From: Octopus sinensis
Lineage: Eukaryota
Assembly: GCF_006345805.1 (NCBI RefSeq)
Contig: NW_021824607.1
Location: 1 to 18,251, forward strand
DNA length: 18,251 nt
Direction of reading: 5' to 3'
The translations under genes were made by a program, and so were the position numbers. Position 1 is the first letter of the stretch. Each line of letters starts with the position of its first letter. Positions 1 through 8,703 of the stretch are shown one piece after another. Under the pieces are notes generated by a model. That model did not search any database. It had not been told where the DNA came from and worked only from the letters and a program-made list of their open reading frames with translations.

Positions 1-44
1 TATATATTAGATATAATATATATATATATTATATATTATATATA

Positions 45-90
<46 letters not shown>

Positions 91-216
91 CATATCTACA
101 TACATATATAGCATATATCTATATACGCACATACGTGTGTATATATATGCATTACATATAAATGCAGACACGCACACACATATGTAGATGTTTGTATCTA
201 TCTATCTATCGATCTA

Positions 217-288
<72 letters not shown>

Positions 289-293
289 ATATA
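1..293. repeat. Compound microsatellite (TA)n / (TATC)n / (TC)n / (TA)n
   Basis: Read directly from the sequence. Confidence 0.95.
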
Positions 294-647
294 TGGGCAG
301 GGTGACAGCAGAAATATGTAGACAGATATATACATAGATAAAGAGAGAGAAAGAGGGAGAGGAGAGGAGAGTAAAAAAAGAAAGAAAGCAAGATTGATAA
401 AGAGAGAGAGAGAGATTGTAGAACAGATCGAAGAGGGGAAAGCAACAGTGCGATATGATATTCGTGTAACCAGGAAAAATTTATACGATAAACAAAACAA
501 ATGTAAAATTAAATAAAGTAAACAAACCAAATGGAGACGGGGGGGGGGAGTTTACTGCAAATACTCGTTCCGCTTCGTATGTTTTAAGTGATTGTGTAAT
601 CGTAAAAACGGTGTTTATATCGAAAAGCGAATGAGAGGTTGACCATA

Positions 648-691
<44 letters not shown>

Positions 692-771
692 ATAATAATA
701 ATAATAATAGTAATAGTAATAAGAGTGATAATAATAATAGTAATAATAATAATAGTAATAATAGTAATAAC

Positions 772-815
<44 letters not shown>

Positions 816-864
816 TAATAATAGTAATAATAGTAATAATAGTAATAATAATAATAATAGTAAT

Positions 865-933
<69 letters not shown>
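648..933. repeat. (TAC)n grading into imperfect (AAT)n
   Basis: (TAC)n 648-690, then (AAT)n with AGT/GAT variants to 933. Source of the poly-Ile and poly-Ser ORFs. Confidence 0.95.
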
Positions 934-937
<4 letters not shown>

Positions 938-1171
938 TCGATATAAACGTATCTGTCAAGACCTACCAAAGACTGAGCAAATATAACGATCTCGAAATAG
1001 AAACAATACAAGACTAAAACAATACCTGTTGTCATAGGTGCCCTGGGAATGATAGCAAAAGGGGCTAATTGCTACCTAACTCAGATACAAGGAATCCCCA
1101 AAATGGCAGAAATTCAAAAGATAGTGCTCATGGGAACTGCTCATATCCTACGCAAAATACTTTCTATGTAA
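934..1171 (+). pseudogene. Frameshifted RLE endonuclease ORF remnant
   Basis: Two frames joined around 1003-1012; stop TAA at 1169-1171. Confidence 0.8.
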
Positions 1172-1362
1172 TCTCAAGTTTTAAAACAAACATAATTTTC
1201 GTATAGTTTTTTAGACATTCACTAGTACAACACTAAGTACAAAACCAAATATATGGCACACTAGGCATAACACCAAAATGAACTTCCAAATTGTTGTCTC
1301 TTCAGGTCTCTGGGTGAGACTTGGAGCCAACTTGTACAAATGTAAAGCAAAAGTCAAACATA

Positions 1363-1363
<1 letters not shown>
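934..1363 (+). mobile_element. 5'-truncated R4/Dong-clade (RLE) non-LTR retrotransposon: endonuclease C-terminus plus 3' UTR
   Basis: 934-1002 reads KIDINVSVKTYQRLSKYNDLEIE. After a frameshift, 1013-1171 reads TKTIPVVIGALGMIAKGANCYLTQIQGIPKMAEIQKIVLMGTAHILRKILSM*. This matches the restriction-like endonuclease layout (ID...K..KY..L..E....P.V.GALG). About 190 nt of UTR follows. (AAT)n flanks both sides. Confidence 0.85.
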
Positions 1364-1398
<35 letters not shown>

Positions 1399-1406
1399 TA
1401 ATAATG

Positions 1407-1492
<86 letters not shown>
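1364..1492. repeat. (AAT)n; reads as the (ATT)n tail of the adjacent minus-strand SINE
   Basis: Read directly; abuts the 3' end of the SINE A body at 1493. Confidence 0.95.
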
Positions 1493-1493
<1 letters not shown>

Positions 1494-1637
1494 GTTTCCC
1501 CCTTTTAGTACAAAGCCAGCAATTTCAGAGGTTGGGAGTGAAGCCGATTACATCGAGCCAATGATCAACTGTTACTTATCTTATCGACCTTGAACGGATG
1601 AAGTGCAGAGTCTGAATTTGAACTCAGAACGTAGTGA
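1493..1637 (-). mobile_element. Diverged SINE family A body and 3' end, lacking its own head
   Basis: Reverse complement aligns by eye to 5339-5450 (ACGTTCTGAGTTCAAATT...GGTCGATAA...AAGTA.CAGTT...TCGATGTAATCG.CTT). Confidence 0.75.
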
Positions 1638-1763
1638 CGGAGCTTCGTGGAGCTTTAGGTGTTTTCGCTCTATCAAACACTCAGAACGCCCGGTCTGGGA
1701 ACCGAAAGCCACGATCCTACATCCGCGAGTCCGGTGCCCTAATCACTGGCCCATTACGCCTCC
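1638..1763 (-). mobile_element. SINE family B tRNA-like head
   Basis: Aligns to 7161-7285 and to the reverse complement of 18071-18196; degenerate A and B boxes. Confidence 0.85.
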
Positions 1764-1839
1764 ACACACACACACATACACACATGCACACAGAGACACA
1801 CACACATACACACACACACACACACACACGCACACACAC
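1764..1839. repeat. (CA)n
   Basis: Read directly. Confidence 0.95.
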
Positions 1840-1936
1840 ATATTAAATAAGGATAGAAATTGATATTAATCAATTAAAACCAGTGGCCTACCATATTTTT
1901 AAAAAATCCGAAGATTAAAAAAATTTTTACATACAA

Positions 1937-1991
1937 AATTTAGAGGACTAGCACTCAGGCTGTCCACTTTTAGTGGTCAGTCCTCTAAATT
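1937..1991. repeat. Short inverted repeat, possible MITE core remnant
   Basis: AATTTAGAGGACT (1937-1949) and AGTCCTCTAAATT (1979-1991) form a perfect 13-bp IR. No TSD seen. Confidence 0.55.
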
Positions 1992-2183
1992 GTGTGTGTG
2001 TGTATATATATATATATATACATTATATACCAATTATATACGTTTTTATGAATTTTTTTTGCAATTTACTTAATCATTGTTATTTTATTGTTATTTTAAT
2101 TTTAATACTTCTATTATAGGTAATTTTCTAGATGGTGTAATTTAATTTTTCATTTTGATTTGATAAAAGGTGGGGTTTTTTTC

Positions 2184-2186
<3 letters not shown>

Positions 2187-2233
<47 letters not shown>

Positions 2234-2378
2234 ATATAGAGGGTACTATTATTCATAGGTACCGCACGCTAGGAGGGACTTTGCAGTCAAAACTACTAAA
2301 ATAAACAAATTGTACCGAATGCAAAACTTCAAAGCGAGTCATTTAAAAACAGAATTTAGTTACATATCACCTGTGATA

Positions 2379-2475
<97 letters not shown>

Positions 2476-2595
2476 ATATTGTATGAAATTTGATTAGTAT
2501 TTAGAATTTTTTAGTATTTAGAAATTTGATTTAGTATTTAGAAATTTTTCCCTGTAAGTTTGGATTTATATTCCCTCAAATAATTATTATATCTA

Positions 2596-2662
<67 letters not shown>

Positions 2663-2677
2663 ATATATATATATATA
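2187..2677. repeat. Cluster of (TA)n and (TATC)n tracts with a short TTAGTATTTAGAA tandem
   Basis: (TA)n about 2187-2237 and 2383-2467; (TATC)n about 2595-2660; three TTAGTATTTAGAA units between about 2490 and 2545. Confidence 0.9.
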
Positions 2678-3024
2678 CAGGACTATGTTATCCGTCATCC
2701 GTACATATTGCCCCGTGAAACACGATAACAGAGTGAAGATCAAGGTGGAATTTGGTTGGTATTTTTAGCAAGACGGACTGATGACCACATAAAGTTTCGT
2801 TCATTGTCTCATGTGCTTTTGTATCTGGGGGGGGGGCGTTTTGTGTTTCAAGCAGAGTTAGATATGTTGCTCTCTCACCTTTCCCTCCTTTTCTCTCCCT
2901 TCTGTCCCGTTTCACTCACCTCTCCTTTGCCTTATCGCCCACGAACCTCCCCTCTTGGTTACTCTATTCTTCCCCTCTCCTCCCTCTCTCTCTACACGCA
3001 TATGCACGGCCGAACGTGCGTGTA

Positions 3025-3334
<310 letters not shown>

Positions 3335-3400
3335 TAGGGAGGTATGAGAACGCGTTGCTGATTATAAATGAAATGCGGCAGCTGCTGCTGCTTTTGGAGA

Positions 3401-3495
3401 CGATGATGATGATGACGACGACGACGAATGATGTTGGTGATGATGATGGTGATGGTGATGATGATGATGACGACGACGGATGATGATGGTGATGG

Positions 3496-3527
<32 letters not shown>

Positions 3528-3670
3528 GTGGTGATGAAGATGATGATGATGATGATGATGGTGATGGTGATGATGATGACGATGACGACGACGACGGTGA
3601 TGGCAACGATGATGTTGACGAAGCCGACGACAGCAGCGACGACCATGGCGACGACCATGGCGACGACGGT
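3401..3670. repeat. Imperfect (GAT/GAC/GGT)n trinucleotide tract
   Basis: Read directly; includes a tandem GACGACCATGGC 12-mer near 3637-3660. Source of the poly-His, poly-Asp and poly-Met ORFs. Confidence 0.9.
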
Positions 3671-4025
3671 AAAGATCATGGCGTGACTGGAAGCATGCCA
3701 TAATGCTCGTTCCGAAACTTCCAGAAGCAACAAATGCCAAATTGCATCAAAGACTATTAGGAGAGCGAATAAAACCGATCAGCTTACCATTTCCTTGCCA
3801 AAGAACAAGAACAACAACAGCAACAACAACAACAACAATAGTCTCAATACCAGAGCTATCATCAATAACAGAAACAACATCGACAATAGCAGCTACAATA
3901 GTATTAACGACCACACATTTATTTATCAGCCAATGGGTTGGGAGGCTATGTAGTGGTATAGCCGCTAGAAATAGCAGCAAAGTTCCACTCAAATGAAAAA
4001 CTGCTGTGTTGAAAATATCACTGGG

Positions 4026-4200
4026 ACTCCGTCGGTTACGATGACGAGGGTTCCAGCTGATCCGACCAATGTAACGGCCTGCTCATGAAATTAAGGTGGA
4101 AGTGGCTGAGCACTCCACAGACACGTGTACCCTTAACGTAGTTCTCATGTGATTCAGCGGGACACAGCGTGACAAGGCAGGGTGTTTGAAATACAGGTAC
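4026..4200 (-). mobile_element. SINE family B, diverged 3' half
   Basis: ACTCCGTCGGTTACGA...CCTGCTCATGAAATT...CAGACACGTGTACCCTTAACGTAGTTCTC aligns to 6910-7090. Confidence 0.85.
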
Positions 4201-4700
4201 TACACAAACCGAGAAAGTCGTGTCATTCACATTATAAAAGACAAGAGACAGTTAATGTCAGGCCGCCTTTGCTTCTACGTTTTCTTCGAAAAATCTATAT
4301 TAGGGCTAAACAAAAGCACCATCTAGCTAAACTGTATAAAGGTATAAGACAGAGAAGGCGTATTTAAGAAGATGCCAGGTCTACAAAGAATATCAAGTCT
4401 GAAACAGTTTAGCTTTGACAACACTATGTTTCATATGCTGCATACTCAATCATCAGTAACACGTATATGTATAATTTCTCCCTTCTCTAATAAATGATAG
4501 CGAACGTAATATATAAACCTGTGATGTTCTTCACATGCAAATATTTAAATCACCCTCTGTGTATATAGATAATTTTGCTTCCGAAAGGTCGCGCATTAGG
4601 TCCAAATGATACCATCGCAGGCGATTCTTTCAAAAGGCAAATGAGTGTAAAAGCTATTACAATGCCTTTCATCAACTGATCTAATTTAATCTCTTTAATT

Positions 4701-4812
4701 CGAGAAAATGAAAAACAAAATTGACCCTCGGTAGACTTTGAACTCGAGATGAAGAGTCGGAGCAAATAACTTGGAATAATCTGTGTAAAGCTCTGACGAG
4801 TTTGTTAACTTC
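4701..4812 (-). mobile_element. Very old SINE family A fragment
   Basis: TTGACCCTCGGTAGACTTTGAACTC resembles the reverse complement of GAGTTCAAATTCCGCCGAGGTCGAC (5346-5370); weak elsewhere. Confidence 0.45.
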
Positions 4813-5055
4813 ATTGCCGAGGAGGTGGTCGGACCGCTACACAGATGCTCTCACCGTTCTCATTTAATTCTTATTTAATTAAGCAGTTTGTAAAAAGAAA
4901 ACTATGACAGGAAACAAAAACACTCCAAAACGGATAAGGAAGGAGAAATTCAAGAGAAATGTAGATATGAATGTATCTTTTATAAGAAGCAATTCATTGA
5001 TTCAGTGATTGATAGTTTGATAATGTGATAATGTGTATATGTATCTGTGTGTGTG

Positions 5056-5255
5056 ACCGCGTGTGTACCGTTGGCGATTTTTTTCCTCCGTCTTCCCTTC
5101 TTTGGATCTTTCCTTTTCCTATGTTTCTGACGAAGAGCTCCGCTCGAAACGTAAAACCCTCCTTCTTTCCTTCTTTCCTGAGCGTCCAATAACATTATAC
5201 GTGTTCCACGTCCTCGCGTTATGTTTTCTCTTTGTGTTTTCATGTTTGGATCAAC
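5056..5255 (+). mobile_element. Probable Penelope-like element terminal-repeat fragment
   Basis: Contains a minimal hammerhead core in pyrimidine-rich flanks and ends at a (TA)n run. The assignment rests on the known association of such hammerheads with Penelope-like elements; boundaries approximate. Confidence 0.5.
5123..5157 (+). ncRNA. Minimal type I hammerhead ribozyme
   Basis: GUUU-CUGACGA-A-GAGC-UCC-GCUC-GAAA-C-G-U-A-AAAC. Stem I GUUU/AAAC, core CUGANGA and GAAA, stem II GAGC/GCUC, palindromic stem III ACGU, predicted cleavage after GUA (5153). Confidence 0.75.
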
Positions 5256-5271
5256 TATATATATATGACAA

Positions 5272-5504
5272 AAGGCGGCGAGCTGGCAGAAACGTTAGCA
5301 CGCCGGGCGAAATGCGTGGCCGTATGTCGTCTGCCGTTACGTTCTGAGTTCAAATTCCGCCGAGGTCGACTTAGCCTTTCATCCTTTCGGGGTCGATAAA
5401 TTAAGTACCAGTTGCGCACTGGGGTCGATGTAATCGACTTAATCCCTTTGTCTGTCCTTGTTTGTCCTCTCTGTGTTTAGCCCCTTGTGGGTAGTAAAGA
5501 AATA
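5272..5504 (+). mobile_element. Full-length SINE family A with TSD
   Basis: Head with A-box-like TGGCAGAAACG and B-box-like GAGTTCAAATTCC. Central GCCTTTCATCCTTTCGGGGTCGATAAATTAAGTACCAG resembles the Meta-type SINE domain (from recall). Flanked by TATATATATATGACAA at 5256-5271 and 5505-5520. Confidence 0.9.
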
Positions 5505-5524
5505 TATATATATATGACAACGAA

Positions 5525-5557
5525 GACGATGATGATGATGATGATGATGATGATGAC

Positions 5558-5617
<60 letters not shown>

Positions 5618-5646
5618 GGCAGTTATGATGATGATGATGATGATGA
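5525..5646. repeat. (GAT)n
   Basis: Read directly. Confidence 0.95.
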
Positions 5647-5683
5647 CGAAAATGATAATATGAAGGAGGTGGCTGACGACCAA

Positions 5684-5883
5684 GGCGGCTAGCTTACATA
5701 ATCATTCGCACAGCCGGATAAATTATTTGGTGCTTCCTTCGGCTATTAAGGTTCTGAGCTTAAACTCAGCCGAAGTTGAAATTTTTACCTTCCATACTTT
5801 CAGGTCGATAAACTAACCCCCGAGTCGAAATAATCGATTTTCCCCCCACCCTTCAAAACTGTTGACCTAGTATCAAAACTAGA
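5684..5883 (+). mobile_element. Old diverged SINE family A copy
   Basis: GGCGGCTAGCT...GGTTCTGAGCTTAAACTCAGCCGAAGTTGA...GGTCGATAAACTAA...GTCGAAATAATCGA is colinear with 5274-5440. Confidence 0.65.
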
Positions 5884-6159
5884 TTATCTTATTGGATTAT
5901 ACGCGTTGACCTTGCCTCCCAGGATCCGTATTGTCCTAGATATTCCCAAATGATCACCGACTTCTCTCCAAACATTCTCCGTATTTTCCCCATACTATTT
6001 GCGTAGCAAGCTTTATTAAATTTGTCTTCTTCTCTACTTTTCTACAACTAGCTTGTCCACTTCATCTGGACTCAACTCTACTTTAATTAAAAAATGAATG
6101 TAGGAGAAAATTAAAACAACTAGAGCCGTAATAAGAAAAACAAGAAACAAATAAGCAAA

Positions 6160-6240
6160 TATCTATCTATCTCTACCTATACATACATACGTATGTATGT
6201 ATGTATGTATGTATGTATGTATGTATGTATGTATGTATAC

Positions 6241-6307
<67 letters not shown>

Positions 6308-6610
6308 CGTTCATTTGCATACATGTATGTATATATATAATATACGTTCATTTGTATACAGTATATATATACATATATTAAATACCCATATGTGTGTATA
6401 TATGTGTGTAATTTTTCTGTTTCTCGGTATATTTGTGTATATATAGGGATATATATATTATATATATATATATATATAATATATATATATATGCAACATT
6501 CATATACATACATACTCACACACAGCTGCACCACACGCAGACACAAATACACGCAAACACACACACACCCACAGACACATACACACATACACACCTATAT
6601 GTATATTATC
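6160..6610. repeat. Compound (TATG)n / (TA)n / (CA)n
   Basis: Read directly. Confidence 0.9.
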
Positions 6611-6899
6611 GATATGTAATTAAAAGATCTATCGATCTTAATGTAAGGAGTCTGTAAATTTCATACTATCCGTGGTGGTTATAAAAAACAACGTTCACGA
6701 GCAATTATAATTTATTGGCGAGCGTTGTACGCTTTTCCCACATTGAACATCCACAACCTGAAAGCAATTTTGTTATATAGCCCACGGCTAGCAACTTCAG
6801 TCGCTATGAATGTGAATAAAGTTCCAAATTGTGGGAGTTGTGCAATAAAGTCCAGCCTACATATGTTTCCTAGCTAGCAGATCATCTGATGTAATAAAT

Positions 6900-7288
6900 G
6901 GATGGAAGCACTCCGTCGGTTACGACGACGAGGGTTTCGGTTGATCCGAATCAACCGAACAGCCTGCTCGTGAAATTAACGTGTAAGTGGCTGAGCACTC
7001 TACAGACACGTGTACCCTTAACGTAGTTCTCGGGGATATTCAGCGTGACACAGAGAGTGACAAGGCCGGCCCCTTGAAATACAGGTACAACAGAAACAGG
7101 AAGTAAGAGTGAGAGAAAGTTGTGGTGAAAGAGTACAGCAGGGATCACCACCATCCCCTGCCGGAGCCTCGTGGAGCTTTAGGTGTTTTCGCTCAATAAA
7201 CACTCACAACGCCCGGTCTGGGAATCGAAACCGCGATCCTATGACCGCGAGTCCGCTGCCCTAACCACTGGGCCATTGCGCCTCCACA
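6900..7288 (-). mobile_element. Full-length young SINE family B with 11-bp TSD
   Basis: Minus-strand head has A box TGGCCCAGTGG and B box GGTTTCGATTCCC. ATGTAATAAAT at 6889-6899 and 7289-7299. Highly similar to 11073-11454. Confidence 0.92.
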
Positions 7289-7329
7289 ATGTAATAAATA
7301 ACGAACGGTAGTCCACTACCTACTCATCA

Positions 7330-7429
7330 TAATTATATGAAGGTTAATTTGTCATTAAGGGATCTCAGGTTAAATCTCCGGTGAGTTCACTTGGGAGTTC
7401 TTAACGGCAATGTAACCTTCATATAATTA
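7330..7429. other. 100-nt ungapped fold-back (MITE or hairpin RNA)
   Basis: Perfect 17-bp outer arms TAATTATATGAAGGTTA / TAACCTTCATATAATTA. Across 47 positions: 36 Watson-Crick, 5 G-U and 6 mismatches on the + strand. Confidence 0.85.
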
Positions 7430-7701
7430 AGGTATCTTCGGCCTGATGTGAATTTATGGAAAGGCATCCCGTAAATCTCAAAAAAATTGATAAAAATAGA
7501 GAAGAGAAGACATTAAAATTTGAAAGAATTTTAATTCATGCATACGATCGTTTCAAACAGCGATATTAAAACTTGTTTATTCATAGTAGAATAATTAAAT
7601 TAATTTGATTAAATTAAATTAATTATATATTGCTGTTCTCCTCAATGCAAGAAGTATAAACAAAAAATTATTATTACAGAGGACTTGATACAGGGAATAG
7701 C

Positions 7702-7787
7702 AGAAGGCTACAACAATGCGAAGCGCATTGTGACCAGCGATGTGTAGCAACATCTGATAGCCTGGTCGGTCACGGTGATCACGGTGA
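7702..7787 (+). mobile_element. Probable 3' end of a retroposon with stem-loops and (TA)n tail
   Basis: Perfect hairpin CAATGCG-AAG-CGCATTG (7714-7730), nested ACCAG/CTGGT and GATGT/ACATC stems, tandem TCACGGTGA, then (TA)n. Family not determinable from this window. Confidence 0.45.
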
Positions 7788-8393
7788 TATATATATATAT
7801 ATATATATACATGTATATAGACTCTGTATAATATCAGTGCCACGTGCATGTGTGTGTCAAGTGAGCACTGCACATGTGATTGATATGTGTGTGTATGTGT
7901 GTCTGTGTGTGGTTTTGTGTGTATATGCATGTAAGCGCACCTGAATCTGTCCATACTGTGGATATGTACGTGTGAAACTAACAACAACAACAACAACAAC
8001 AACAACAACCACAACAGCAATATCGACAATAAAAACACAGTAACAATAAAATTTACTATGTAAAATAAAAAGAAAAAAGTCTGTGGTCGTAATTTGTAAA
8101 TAGCTTTTGATGTTACAGACATAAGTAAGATTATTTGTAAAATCACATTAATTGTATTAGCATGGCCTGCAGTAGAAAATACAAGAAAAAAAAATTAAAT
8201 AGAATACAGAATAAAATATATAAAACACTAATAAGAAAAAGGAACTGGAAAAAAGAAATCACGGAGTAAAGACATAATTACATATACATCCATCCATACA
8301 CACACATATATATATATATGAAGAGAATAAAAGAGCGTATTATAAAATAACAGCAAGAAGAAGAAGGAGGAGGAGGAGGAGGGGTAAGCGGAT

Positions 8394-8600
8394 TTCAAAT
8401 TTTGGCACAAGGCCAGAAAATTCTTAGGTGCGGGAAATCAATTATATCGACTGCAATACTCAAATCGTACTGAATTTATCGACCCCGAAAGTAGGAAATG
8501 TCAACCTCGGCAAAAGTCGATATCAGAACGTAGAGAGAGAGAGACGAAATGCAGCGAAGCTTTTTGTTCGGCGCACTAAGGGTTCTGCCAGCTAACCAAC
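8394..8600 (-). mobile_element. Diverged SINE family A copy
   Basis: GGCACAAGGCCAG...TTTATCGACCCCGAAAG...CAGAACGTA...GACGAAATG...TTCTGCCAGCT is colinear with the reverse complement of 5274-5440 and with 1493-1637. Confidence 0.75.
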
Positions 8601-8666
8601 TTAGTACTTCTACTACTAGTAATAATATTAATAATAATAATAATAATAATGTTTTCGTTATCTATA

Positions 8667-8703
8667 GGCGTAGGAGTGGCTGTGTGGTAAGTAGCTTAGT
8701 TAC
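8667..8703 (+). mobile_element. SINE family C 5' head, interrupted
   Basis: GGCGTAGGAGTGGCTGTGTGGTAAGTAGCTTAGTTAC matches the head at 12494; the SINE resumes at 10318. Confidence 0.9.

Noticed and set aside
206-1508. Poly-Ile, poly-Ser and YI-repeat ORFs
   Set aside because: Translations of (AAT)n, (TAC)n and (TA)n tracts, which lack stops in some frames.
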